The notes under the pieces are model-generated. The model worked only from the letters and a program-made list of their open reading frames with translations. It was not told the DNA's origin and searched no databases. A stretch of 64,000 bases of DNA from Alphaproteobacteria bacterium. Lineage in GTDB: Bacteria; Pseudomonadota; Alphaproteobacteria; SHVV01. This document shows positions 35,432 through 45,806 of this stretch, one piece after another; position 1 is the first letter of the stretch, and every line of letters begins with the position of its first letter. Made by a program: the position numbers and the translations under genes. Where the stretch lies: the NCBI GenBank assembly GCA_965261735.1, contig OZ253470.1:928001-992000 (forward strand), read 5' to 3'.

Positions 35432-35641
35432 ATGGGTGACCTCATCCAACTCGACCGGGCGCGCAAGGAGCGCGAGTACGCCGCCAGGAAGCGGCGCGCG
35501 GCTGACGTCCGGCTTCGACAGCGCCGCACCAAGGCCGAGCGCGAGCTGGCGCAGTGGAAGGCCGAGCAACGCAAGCGCGACCTCGACGGCAAGCGGCTCG
35601 CTACCACGCCGTCGCCTCATGAGCCCTGGGGCCGGCCGTAG
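35432..35641 (+). CDS. DUF4169-like small protein
   Basis: MGDLIQLDRARK...RTKAER...LDGKR pattern. Confidence 0.7.
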   Translation: MGDLIQLDRARKEREYAARKRRAADVRLRQRRTKAERELAQWKAEQRKRDLDGKRLATTPSPHEPWGRP

Positions 35642-35736
35642 GCCACCGACGTACATCACATACCCACCACCGCCGGTGCCGCATCGCCGGGGTACCCGCC
35701 TCCGGCCATTCCGGCCACGCTATCAGGAGATCAGCC

Positions 35737-37417
35737 ATGAAAGCCTCTGACCTGTTCGTGCGATGCCTGGAGAAAGAGGGCGTGACCCGCATCTTCGGCA
35801 TCCCCGGCGAGGAAAACGCCGACGTCATGATCTCGCTGATCGATAGCCCCATCGACTTCGTGCTGTGCCGGCACGAGCAGGCTGCCGCCTTCATGGCCGA
35901 TGCCTACGGGCGCCTCACCGGCAAGGCCGGCGTGTGCCTCGGCACCCTCGGCCCCGGCGCGACCAACCTCGTCACCGGCGTCGCCGACGCCAACATGGAC
36001 CGCGCACCGCTCGTCTGCATCATCGGCCAAGCCAGTACCCGGCGGCTACACAAGGAAAACCACCAGAACATGGATGCCATCGCCATGTACCGGCCGATCA
36101 CCAAATGGGCGCAAACGATAAACGACCCGAGCAACATTCCCGAGGTCGTGCGCAAGGCGTTCAAGGTGGCCGAGGCGGAGAAACCGGGCGCAACGGTCAT
36201 CGAGTTTCCGGAGAACCTCGCCGAGGAGGAGGTCGCCGAGCCGCCGATGGCGGTGCACAAGACGCGCCGCGCCGCCGCCGATCACAAGGTCGTGGCCTAG
36301 GCCATCGATATCCTTGCCGAGGCCAAGGATCCGCTGATCCTGGCCGGCAACGGCGCCGTGCGCAAGCGCGCGGCCTCACAACTACAGCGCCTGGCGCACA
36401 AGACCGGCATCGCCGTCGTCAACACCTTCATGGGCAAGGGCGCGGTGCCGCGTAGCGACCCGCACTGCCTTATTCACCCTCGGCCTGTAGGGCCGCGACC
36501 ACGTCAACGCGGTGATCGACAAGGCCGACGTCATCATTTCGGTGGGCTACGATCTGGTCTAGTACAGCCCCTCGCATTGGAACAAGAGCGGCGGCAAGAA
36601 GATCGTCCACATTGACTTCTCGCCGGCCGAGATCGACGAGGCCTACCCGGTCACTGTCGAGATCGTCGCCGACGTCGCCGATGCGCTGTGGCAGCTCAAC
36701 GAGGAGATCAACAACCGCTTCGCCAACCGCATGCCACTATTCAAGATCGAGGACCGCGCCGGCCTGCGCCAGACCATCCTCGACGACTTCGCGATGGAGA
36801 AGGACGACACGTCCTTCCCGATGAAGCCGCAGAAGATCCTGTGGGAGGTGCGTGAGTTTCTCGGGGCCGAGGACATCCTGCTGTCGGACGTCGGCGCGCA
36901 CAAAATGTGGATCTCGCGTTATTACCAGTGCGACGAAGCCAATACCTGGTGCGACGAAGCCAATACCTGCCTTATCTCCAACGGCTTCTGCACGATGGGT
37001 TTCGCCTTTCCCGGCTCGATCGGCGCCAAGATCGCGTTTCCAGAGCGCAAAGTGATGTCGATCTCGGGCGACGCCGGCTTCCTGATGAACGTCCAGGACC
37101 TAGAGACCGCGGTGCGCAAACGTCTCAATGTGGTCGCCATGGTGTGGCTCGACGGCGAATACGGCCTCATCAAGTGGAAGCAGCAGAACACCTTCGACGG
37201 CCGCCACTCCGACCTCGCCTTCACCAATCCCGACTTCGAGCTGCTCGCCAAGGCCTTCGGCCTGTGGGGGCGGACCATCACCGGTCCTGGCCAGCTTGAG
37301 GGCGCGCTCACGGAAGCCTTCGCCCAGAAGGGCCCGGCGATCATCGCCGTGCCCGTCGACTACGCCGAGAACCGCAAGCTCACCAAGCGCCTGGGCGAGA
37401 TCGAGTTCACGATTTAA
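35737..37417 (+). pseudogene. second acetolactate-synthase-like ThDP enzyme, disrupted
   Basis: FGIPGEEN, RHEQ, GPGATN, DVGAHKMW, GDAGF; TAGs at 36298, 36488, 36560; frameshift near 36470. Confidence 0.88.
36928..36969 (+). repeat. perfect 21-bp tandem duplication inside the pseudogene
   Basis: GTGCGACGAAGCCAATACCTG x2, giving CDEANTWCDEANTC. Confidence 0.9.
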
Positions 37418-37445
37418 GAAGCAAGGCCTTAGTGCGGCGGGGCCC

Positions 37446-38831
37446 CTACACCCGGACCACCTTGCCCGGGTTCATGATGTTGTCGGGGTCGAGGGCGCGC
37501 TTTATGTCGCGCATCACCGCGACTGCATCGCCGTGCTCGGCGACGAGGAAGTCGAGCTTGCCGAGGCCGACGCCGTGCTCACCCGTCGAGGTCCCGCCCA
37601 GGTCGAGCGCGCGCATCACCAGCCGCTCGTTCAAGCGCTTGGCCTCGGCGATGTCGGCCGCATCGTCCGGGTCGACTAGCAGCACCACGTGGAAGTTGCC
37701 GTCGCCGACATGGCCGACGATGGGGGCGATGAGGAAGGAATCGTCGAGGTCGCGGCGGGTCTCGGCGATGCACGCGGCGAGCCTCGATATCGGCACGCAG
37801 ACGTCGGTCGGGAACGCCTTGGCGCCGGGGCGCAGCGCCATCGCCGCGTAGGCCGCGTCGTGGCGCGCCTGCCATAGCCGGTTGCGCTCTTCCGTCTTGG
37901 TCGTCCACTGGAAGTCGCTGCCGCCGAACTCGGCGGCGATCTCCTGCACGGATTTGGCCTGCTCGGCGACCGCGGCTGCGGACCCGTGGAACTCGAGGAA
38001 CAGGGTCGGCCTGGCCGCGTAATCGAGCTTCGAGTAGCGATTGCAGGCGTCCATCTGCACTTCGTCCAGCAGCTCGATGCGCGCCACCGGGATGCCCGAC
38101 TGGATGGTGAGGATAACGGCATTGACCGCGCCCTCGAGGTCGGTAAAGCCGCACACTGCCGCCGACATCGCCTCGGGCACCCCATAGAGGCGGAGCGTCA
38201 CCTCGGTGATGACGCCGAGCGTGCCCTCGGAGCCCACGAACAGGCGCGTCAGGTCATAGCCCGCCGAGGATTTGCGCGCACGGTTGCCGGTACGGATGAC
38301 ACGCCCGTCGGCGAGCACCACGGTGAGGCCGAGCACGTTCTCGCGCATGGTGCCGTAGCGCACCGCGTTGGTGCCCGAGGCGCCGGTCGCCGCCATGCCG
38401 CCGAGCGAGGCGTCGGCGCCGGGATCGATGGGGAAGAACAGGCCCGAGTCGCGTAGGTGGTGGTTGAGCTGCTTGCGGGTAACGCCAGCCTCGACGGTCG
38501 TGTCGAGGTCCTCGGCGCTGACGCGGACGATCTCGTTCATACCGGTCATGTCGACGGACACGCCGCCGTGGACCGCCGCCACGTGCCCCTCGAGCGAGGT
38601 GCCGGCGCCGAACGGGATCAGCGGCGTGCCGCCACGCGCGCAGAGCCGCACGATTTCGGCCACCTCCGCGGTCGAGCGCGCGAACGCCACCGCGTCGGGC
38701 GGCTGCGGCGGATGCCAGGATTCGTCCTTGCCGTGGTGGGCGCGCACGGCCGCCGCCGTCGATAGGCGCTCGCCGAGGAGGGCGCGCAGCTCGGCGACGA
38801 CGTCGTCGCCGGGCGATGGTCGGGCAGTCAT
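37446..38831 (-). CDS. FAD-linked oxidase, D-lactate dehydrogenase/GlcD family
   Basis: PFGAGTSLEGH, DPGADASLGG, GSEGTLG, GHVGDGNFH, GEHGVG, NPGK. Confidence 0.9.
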   Translation of the reverse strand: MTARPSPGDDVVAELRALLGERLSTAAAVRAHHGKDESWHPPQPPDAVAFARSTAEVAEIVRLCARGGTPLIPFGAGTSLEGHVAAVHGGVSVDMTGMNEIVRVSAEDLDTTVEAGVTRKQLNHHLRDSGLFFPIDPGADASLGGMAATGASGTNAVRYGTMRENVLGLTVVLADGRVIRTGNRARKSSAGYDLTRLFVGSEGTLGVITEVTLRLYGVPEAMSAAVCGFTDLEGAVNAVILTIQSGIPVARIELLDEVQMDACNRYSKLDYAARPTLFLEFHGSAAAVAEQAKSVQEIAAEFGGSDFQWTTKTEERNRLWQARHDAAYAAMALRPGAKAFPTDVCVPISRLAACIAETRRDLDDSFLIAPIVGHVGDGNFHVVLLVDPDDAADIAEAKRLNERLVMRALDLGGTSTGEHGVGLGKLDFLVAEHGDAVAVMRDIKRALDPDNIMNPGKVVRV

Positions 38832-38927
38832 GGGCGCCTCCCTTCGCGCACCAACCTACGCCGTGGCGCAGTGACCCGCAATTGCCCGCGACTATACATC
38901 GCAGCCCGCCGTCTCTATCATCGCCGC

Positions 38928-39419
38928 ATGACGTGGGACACGCCCATCAACGTCGCCGGGGAGACCGTCCCCGACGAATGGATCGACTACAACGGCCACA
39001 TGAACGTCGCCTATTATCTGCTCGCGTTCGACCACGCGACCGACGTGCTGTTCGATCGGATCGGCCTCGGCGTCGACTACATGAGGCGGGCGGCGCACTC
39101 GACCTTCACGCTCGAGTCGCACCTCAATTTCCTGCGCGAGCTCGGCGCCGGCGATTCCACGCGTTTCAGCTTCCAATTGATCGACCACGACCGCAAGCGC
39201 ATGCACTATTTCGGCCGCATGTTTCATGCCAACGAGAATTACCTGGCGGCGACCATGGAGTGGCTGTCGATCCACGTCAGCCTGGAGACGCGGCGCTCGG
39301 CGGAGATGGGCCCGGCGTTGCGAGCGACGCTCGGCGAGGTGGCGGCCGCGCATCGGGCGCTCGCGCGCCCTGCCGAAGCCGGCCGCGTAATCGGCCTCCG
39401 CCAGGGCAAGGCCGCGTGA
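38928..39419 (+). CDS. hot-dog fold acyl-CoA thioesterase
   Basis: EWIDYNGHMNVAYY motif. Confidence 0.85.
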   Translation: MTWDTPINVAGETVPDEWIDYNGHMNVAYYLLAFDHATDVLFDRIGLGVDYMRRAAHSTFTLESHLNFLRELGAGDSTRFSFQLIDHDRKRMHYFGRMFHANENYLAATMEWLSIHVSLETRRSAEMGPALRATLGEVAAAHRALARPAEAGRVIGLRQGKAA

Positions 39420-39997
39420 GGGCAGACCGCACCCCGGCCAAGGGGTGGACCCGAGCGGCCCTGAGTGGCGGCGTCCTGGCGGGAGTCTGGCTCGCCGCCG
39501 CCCCGGCGATGGCGGCGTGCACGGACCCTGCGGCACCCGGCGTCGACTGGCAGCGCTGTTATTTCGAGGAGCGCAACCTCAGCGAGGCCAACCTTACCGG
39601 CGCCAACCTGCGCGACGCGCGCTTTCACCGAAGCAACCTGACGGGCGCCGTACTCGCCGACGTCGACGCATTTCACGCCAAGTTCAACACCGCCAAATTG
39701 GCGCGCGCGACATTCGATGGCGCGCGCCTCACCGAGGTCGACTTTTCCAAGGCCGACCTTACCGACGCCTCGCTCAAGAACGCCGATCTGCGGCGCGCGC
39801 GGCTGTTCCGAACCATACTGCGTGGCGCCGATCTTACCGGAGCGCAGCTGCGCGGTGCCGATCTGACGCGGGCCGATCTGTCGGGCGCCCTGTGGATCAA
39901 CGGCACCACGATCTGTGCCGAGGGCTCGATCGGTCAATGCAAGGCGCAAGCCGCAAGCGGCGGCAGGGCGCAGGCCGGCAGCGCGGGCGGCACGTAG
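39416..39997 (+). CDS. exported pentapeptide-repeat protein
   Basis: GTG overlaps the upstream TGA; signal-like segment; A(D/N)Lxx repeats; Cys pairs at both ends. Confidence 0.85.
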   Translation: MRADRTPAKGWTRAALSGGVLAGVWLAAAPAMAACTDPAAPGVDWQRCYFEERNLSEANLTGANLRDARFHRSNLTGAVLADVDAFHAKFNTAKLARATFDGARLTEVDFSKADLTDASLKNADLRRARLFRTILRGADLTGAQLRGADLTRADLSGALWINGTTICAEGSIGQCKAQAASGGRAQAGSAGGT

Positions 39998-40137
39998 ACG
40001 CCGGCCGAAGCGAGCAAGCGGGGCGGCGCAGGGGATGACGGAGGCTCGAGAGCGGCCGTGGCGCGCGCCGTGCCCGACTACCGCCGATTGACGCCCAGCC
40101 CCGGCGGGCCCGCTCGGGCCGCAGGCGCACCCGCCCC

Positions 40138-41913
40138 ATGACATTTCTCCCGCGCTGGCGCCAGCCCATCCCCTGGCGGCGTGTGGCGCGCAACGAACAG
40201 GTCATCCTGTCCACCCTTGCGGTGTTGATCGGCGTCGTCGTGGCTTTCGGATCGATCGGTTTTCGCATCGCCATCGATTGGGTCCAGAGCGCCTTCTACG
40301 GCTTCTCCTCGGACGACGTCTTCACCCTCGCGGGCGCCCTCCCCTGGTGGCAGGTGTTGCTTGCGCCGGCCGCCGGCGGGTTCCTCATCGGTCTCTTTAT
40401 TCACTACGCGATGCCTGGCCGCCGGCCGCTCGGCGTCGCCCACGTCATTACGGCGGGCGCCCACAGCGGCGGGCGTATGTCGGTGCGCCAGGGCTTGAGC
40501 GCGGCAGCGGTCGACGCCGCCTCGCTCGGGGTCGGCGGCTCGGCCGGGCGCGAGGGGCCCATGGTCCACCTCGGCGCCCCCGCGGCCGCGTTCGTCGCCG
40601 AACGCTTCCACCTCCCACCCTCGCTCTCGATCACGCTGCTCGGCTGCGGCGTCGCAGCGGGAGTCGCGGCCTCGTTCAACGCGCCCATCGCCGGCGTGTT
40701 CTTTGCCCTCGAGGTGGTGATCGGCCACTACGCACTGAGTGCCCTCGCACCGATCGTCATCGCCTCGGTCGCCGGCACCCTCATCGCGCGCATGCACTTC
40801 GGCGACTTTCCGGCCTTCGTCATTCCCGACTACCGCATTGCCTCGGTGCTCGAATTCCCGGCGTTCCTGCTCCTCGGCCTGGTGTCCGCTGCGGTCGCCG
40901 TCATCCTCATGCGCAGCGTTTTCTTGGTCGAGGACACGGCCGACCAACGCCGCATCCCGCGCTGGTGCCGGCCGGCCGTCGGCGGGCTCGTCGTGGGTGC
41001 CATCGCGATCTTCTTTCCCCAGGTTCTCGGCGTCGGCTACGAGGCCACCGACGCCGCACTCAATGAGCAGTTTGCGCTGTGGCTGTTCATCGCCCTCATC
41101 GTCGCCAAAACGGTGGCGACCGCGGCCACGCTGGGTTCGGGCTTCGGCGGCGGCGTGTTCAGCCCGTCGCTCTTCCTCGGCGCCATGACCGGCGGCGCCT
41201 TCGGCATTATTGCCGCCAACGTCTTTCCCGAGCTCGCCGCCAGCCACGGCCTCTACGCTATTATCGGCATGGGTGCGGTGGCGGCACCGGTGCTCGGCGC
41301 GCCCATATCCACCATCCTCATCCTGTTCGAGCTCACGGGCGACTACGCCGTCACCGTGGCGGCGATGATCGCCGTCGCGGTGGCCAGCATCGCCACTCAC
41401 CAGCTGCTCGGGAGGTCGTACTTCACCTGGCAGCTCGAACGCCAAGGCCTGACCCTCAAGGGCGGCCGGCCACGCCACTTGCTGCGCACCTCGAGAGCCC
41501 CGGACCTGATGAGCGCGGCCTTCCACCTGGTGCCGCACGACACGCCGATCCCGGGCATCCGCGAGCGCGTTCAGGCGGCGCCCGAGGACACCTTCTTCGT
41601 GGTCGACGACAAGAACCGCCTGGCCGGCACCCTGGGCCTTGCCGAGCTCATGTCGGTAGCCTTCGATCCGGCGCTCGACGACCTCGTGAACGCGCGCGAC
41701 CTGGCCCGCCCGCCGCCGGCACTGGTTGCCGCGGACGACAGCCTGGAGACGGCGCTCGAGGTCTTCGACACGTGCCATGCCGAGACCGTTCCGGTCGTCG
41801 GCGAGCGCCGCAACAAGCATGTGGTTGGCGTGCTGCGCCACCGCGACGTGCTCCTCGCCTACAACCAGGCGCTCCGCGCCGCCCAGGCCGAGGAACACGA
41901 CGAGGCGCGGTGA
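40138..41913 (+). CDS. ClC chloride channel/antiporter with CBS domains
   Basis: [25 protein letters not shown]; C-terminal CBS pair. Confidence 0.92.
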   Translation: MTFLPRWRQPIPWRRVARNEQVILSTLAVLIGVVVAFGSIGFRIAIDWVQSAFYGFSSDDVFTLAGALPWWQVLLAPAAGGFLIGLFIHYAMPGRRPLGVAHVITAGAHSGGRMSVRQGLSAAAVDAASLGVGGSAGREGPMVHLGAPAAAFVAERFHLPPSLSITLLGCGVAAGVAASFNAPIAGVFFALEVVIGHYALSALAPIVIASVAGTLIARMHFGDFPAFVIPDYRIASVLEFPAFLLLGLVSAAVAVILMRSVFLVEDTADQRRIPRWCRPAVGGLVVGAIAIFFPQVLGVGYEATDAALNEQFALWLFIALIVAKTVATAATLGSGFGGGVFSPSLFLGAMTGGAFGIIAANVFPELAASHGLYAIIGMGAVAAPVLGAPISTILILFELTGDYAVTVAAMIAVAVASIATHQLLGRSYFTWQLERQGLTLKGGRPRHLLRTSRAPDLMSAAFHLVPHDTPIPGIRERVQAAPEDTFFVVDDKNRLAGTLGLAELMSVAFDPALDDLVNARDLARPPPALVAADDSLETALEVFDTCHAETVPVVGERRNKHVVGVLRHRDVLLAYNQALRAAQAEEHDEAR

Positions 41914-41998
41914 GCGGCCCGGCGCGGGGGCAGCTCCGACCACTCTCCGCTCCGGCGCGACTGGGCGCCGGTCGTGTTATATTGACGTCCTAAGCCCC

Positions 41999-44313
41999 AT
42001 GTCAGAGCCCTACGACCTCTCCCAACCCGCGTTCGATCTGCCGCCGCGCGCCGCCGCGGCGGGTGCGCCCTATCTCGAGGTGCTCAACGAGGCGCAGCGC
42101 GAAGCCGTCGAGGCGACGGAGGGCCCGGTGCTGGTGCTCGCCGGCGCCGGCACCGGCAAGACGCGCGTGCTAACGACGCGGCTCGCCCATATCCTCAACC
42201 AGCGCCTCGCCTGGCCGGGGCAGATCCTCGCCGTGACCTTTACCACAAGGCGTCGCGCGAGATGGCCGAGCGCACGGCCGCGCTTATCGGCGAGGCCGTA
42301 GAAGGCCTGTGGATCGGCACCTTCCACGCCATGGCCGCGCGCATCCTCCGGCGTCACGCCGAGCTCGTGGGCCGCAAGAGCAACTTCACCATTCTCGATA
42401 CCGACGATCAGGTCCGTTTGCTCAAGCAGGTCCTGAGTGCCGCCAACATCGACGAGAAGCGGTGGCCGGCGCGCAGCCTTGCCGCCATCATCAGCGGCTG
42501 GAAGGACCAAGGGTTGACGCCCGACAAGGTCCCCGCGGCGGGCGCCGGCGAATTTGCCTCGGGACGGGCCGTCGCCCTCTATACCGCGTACCAAGAACGC
42601 CTGCGCGCGCTCAACGCGGCCGATTTCGGCGACCTCGTGCTGCTCTGCCTCGAGGTGTTCCTGCGCCACGAGGACGTGCTCGCCGACTACCACCGCCGCT
42701 TTCGCTACATCCTGGTCGACGAATACCAGGACACCAACGTCTCCCAGTACCTGTGGCTTCGGCTGCTGGCGCGCGGCCACCGCAACCTGTGCTGCGTCGG
42801 CGACGACGATCAATCGATCTACGGTTGGCGCGGCGCCGACGTCGGCAACATCCTGCGCTTCGAGGAGGACTTTCCGGGCGCTCGCGTGGTCCGCCTCGAG
42901 CGCAACTACCGCTCGACCCCACACATTCTCGGCTGCGCCGCCGCGCTCATCGCCAACAACAAGAGCCGCCTCGGCAAGACGCTGTGGACCGCGCTCGAGG
43001 AGGGCGAGAAGGTCCGGGTCCGCGGGGTGTGGGACAGCCAGGAGGAGGCGCGCCTCATCGCCGAGGACATCGAGGCCGGGTTGCACCACGGCCGCACCCT
43101 CGGCGAGACGGCGATCCTGGTGCGGACCTCGTCCCAGACCCGGGAGTTCGAGGAGCGCTTCATCCAGACCGGCCTCGCCTATCGCGTCGTCGGCGGCTTG
43201 CGCTTCTACGAGCGCCGCGAGATCCGCGACGCCCTGGCCTACCTCCGCGTCATCGCCCAGCCCGACGATGATCTCGGCTTCGAGCGCATCCTCAACGTCC
43301 CCAAGCGCGGCATCGGCGAGGCCACGGTACAGGCGCTGCACACGCTCGCGCGGGCCCGTGGTATCCCGCTCACCCGCGCCGCCGAAGCGCTGATCGAAAC
43401 CGACGAGCTGCGCGGTCCCGCGCGCCATAGCCTCGCCCGCCTGCTCGCCAACTTCGAGCGCTGGCGCGGGCTCGTCCAGCAACTCGATCATGCCGAGCTC
43501 GTCGAAACCGTGCTCGACGAATCCGGCTACACCGAGATGTGGCAGAACGACCGCTCGGCCGACGCACCGGGCCGGCTCGACAACCTCAAGGAGCTCGTGC
43601 GCGCCATCGAGGAGTTCGAAAACCTCACCGGCTTTCTCGAGCACGTGTCGCTGGTCATGGAGAACGACCAGGTCACGGACGGCGAGCAGGTCAGCCTCAT
43701 CACCCTGCACGGCGCCAAGGGGCTCGAGTTCGACACCGTGTTCCTGCCGGGCTGGGAGGAGGGGTTGTTTCCGCACCAACGCGCCCTCGACGAGGGCGGC
43801 TTCGCCGGGCTCGAGGAGGAACGCCGCCTCGCGCATGTCGGGCTCACGCGCGCACGCAAGCGCGTCATGATCACCTTCGCCGCGTCGCGCCGGCAGTTCG
43901 GCGAAATGAGCCACGGCAACCTGCCCTCGCGCTTCATCGACGAGCTTCCAGAAGCGCATGTCGAGCGCGTTGCCGAGGCCGGCCTGTACGAGCGACCGGG
44001 AGCGGCATGGGGCTGGGACGGATACGGCGCCGCGCGTGAGGGCGCCATGGCGGATCCCGTTCGCGACCGGCCCAATCTCGGGCGGCGCAACAGCCGCTAT
44101 CGCAACGTCACGTCGGGCGGCCTTATCATCGAGGGCCGTTCCGAGGCGGTGGAGCGGGGCTCGGGGGACGCGGCGTATGCGCCCGGCCAGCGCATCTTCC
44201 ATCAGAAGTTCGGTTACGGGCGCATTCGCGCGGCCGACGGCGAACGACTCGAGATCGACTTCGACAAGGCCGGCGTGAAGAAGGTCATCGCCGCGTTCGT
44301 CGAGCCGGCGTGA
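41999..44313 (+). CDS. uvrD: UvrD/PcrA DNA helicase with a 1-nt frameshift near 42245 (pseudogene or sequence error)
   Basis: [13 protein letters not shown] and AVTFT in one frame, then [34 protein letters not shown] in another; ACC AAC AAG (TNK) reads ACCACAAG. Confidence 0.88.
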
Positions 44314-45215
44314 GGGCCCCGGCGAAGGCACTGTGGCGCGTCGAGGTGGTGGTGCCCGAGCCGGCCGTTGCGCTCTTCGAGGCGGCGCTCGCTCGGGGCG
44401 CGCTGGCGCTTTCGGCGTTCTCGGTTGCCACCGAAAAGAGGGCCGAGGTAAGCCGCGCGCGAGTCCAGTCGCTGACGGCAGAGAAGCCGAATCGGGCGGA
44501 GATCGGGGCGCGGCTCGCGCTCGCCGCGGCGGCGGCCGGCGTGCCCATACCGCGGTGCGACATTTCCCCGCATGCCGAGGTGGCGCAGCTCGAAGGCGAG
44601 CCGCCGATCCGCATTGGCCGCTTCCGCATCGCGGGCTCCGTCCTTCGCGGCCGCCTCGCGCCGGCGGGTACGACACTGGTGCTCGACGCCGGCCCCGCCT
44701 TCGGCTCCGGCCGCCACGAGAGCACGCAGGGTGCGCTGCTGGCGATGGATGGTCTCGCCCGGCGGCGCCGCTTTCGCCGCGCCCTCGACCTCGGCACCGG
44801 GTCGGGGATCCTGGCTATGGCGATGGCGCGGATCTGGCGCACGCCGGTCGTCGCCGCCGATATCGACGCGAGGGCCGTGGCGGTGGCGCGCGACAATGCC
44901 CGGGCCAACGGGCTCGGCCCGTGGATCCGCTTCGTCGTGAGTACGGCTCGGGGGAACCCTGTGCTAGCGCGCCCGCGCGCCTACGACCTCATCGCCGCGA
45001 ATATCCTGGCTGCGCCGTTGATCGCGTTGGCGCCGGCGCTCGCGCGCACCCTAGGGCCCGCGGGCATCGTCGTACTATCGGGCTTTCTCGCCGGCGAGGA
45101 GCCGGCGGTGCGCGCCGCCTACCGCTGCCACGGCATGGTACTCGCGCACCGCATCACGCTCGGCGGCTGGCGCACACTCGTGTTGGCACGACCGGCCCCG
45201 CGGGGACGCGCTTAG
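44310..45215 (+). CDS. prmA: ribosomal protein L11 methyltransferase-like
   Basis: AFGSGRHEST, LDLGTGSGILA, ANILA, LSGF. Confidence 0.8.
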   Translation: MRAPAKALWRVEVVVPEPAVALFEAALARGALALSAFSVATEKRAEVSRARVQSLTAEKPNRAEIGARLALAAAAAGVPIPRCDISPHAEVAQLEGEPPIRIGRFRIAGSVLRGRLAPAGTTLVLDAGPAFGSGRHESTQGALLAMDGLARRRRFRRALDLGTGSGILAMAMARIWRTPVVAADIDARAVAVARDNARANGLGPWIRFVVSTARGNPVLARPRAYDLIAANILAAPLIALAPALARTLGPAGIVVLSGFLAGEEPAVRAAYRCHGMVLAHRITLGGWRTLVLARPAPRGRA

Positions 45216-45559
45216 GCGGCTTCGCGGGGGCTCGGGGCGTGGGCCTCGTTGGCGGGCGCCGACGCGGTGCCCGGGCGATCCTGCACGACGCCATAGGCCG
45301 CACGGAAGAGGTCGCCTCGCGATAGGCCGAGATCGTTCAGCGACCGCCCGTCCAAATGCATGAGCTCGTAGTACACCGCGTCGGCCTTGAGCCGCCGCTG
45401 GATGCGCGAGGTGCCGGCGCGCACGGCGCGCGCGAGGCGGCGGACGAGGGCGCCGGCGTGGCCGGCGCTCGAGCCTTCCCGAATCGATAGGGAAAGGCCG
45501 CGATAGGCAAACTGCCGCCTGTGGGGACGGTCTGTTCTTGAAACTAAATCGGAAAGCAT
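45212..45559 (-). CDS. DUF1127-domain protein
   Basis: ELMHLDGRSLNDLGLSRGDL motif; AGAGGAAG RBS upstream. Confidence 0.82.
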   Translation of the reverse strand: MLSDLVSRTDRPHRRQFAYRGLSLSIREGSSAGHAGALVRRLARAVRAGTSRIQRRLKADAVYYELMHLDGRSLNDLGLSRGDLFRAAYGVVQDRPGTASAPANEAHAPSPREAA

Positions 45560-45700
45560 GTCTTCCTCTGCGGTTAGAGTTTGATCTCTGTCGGAGATGT
45601 CACGAAGGCAACGGCACCATTCGCGCCGCGGCTTATTCGGGATGTGGGACCGCCACCCCTTGCGATCAATAGGTTAGGACGCGATTCGCGACGCAACTTT

Positions 45701-45717
45701 TGCATCCCTTCCATGCA
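45701..45717. promoter_or_regulatory. putative LysR-type operator
   Basis: TGCAT-N7-ATGCA palindrome containing T-N11-A, between the divergent DUF1127 and pepP genes. Confidence 0.45.
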
Positions 45718-45806
45718 CTGCTCGCATATCGCTCGCGGGCCCAACGCGCGCGGCGGCTCGACAAAGACGTTGCCGCGCCGGCCGGCGGCGCTAGATACTT
45801 GCGTGA

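Noticed and set aside
39570-39890. Short periodic DNA repeats as a possible CRISPR or VNTR
   Set aside because: They are coding pentapeptide repeats; no repeat-spacer array or cas gene was seen in the window.
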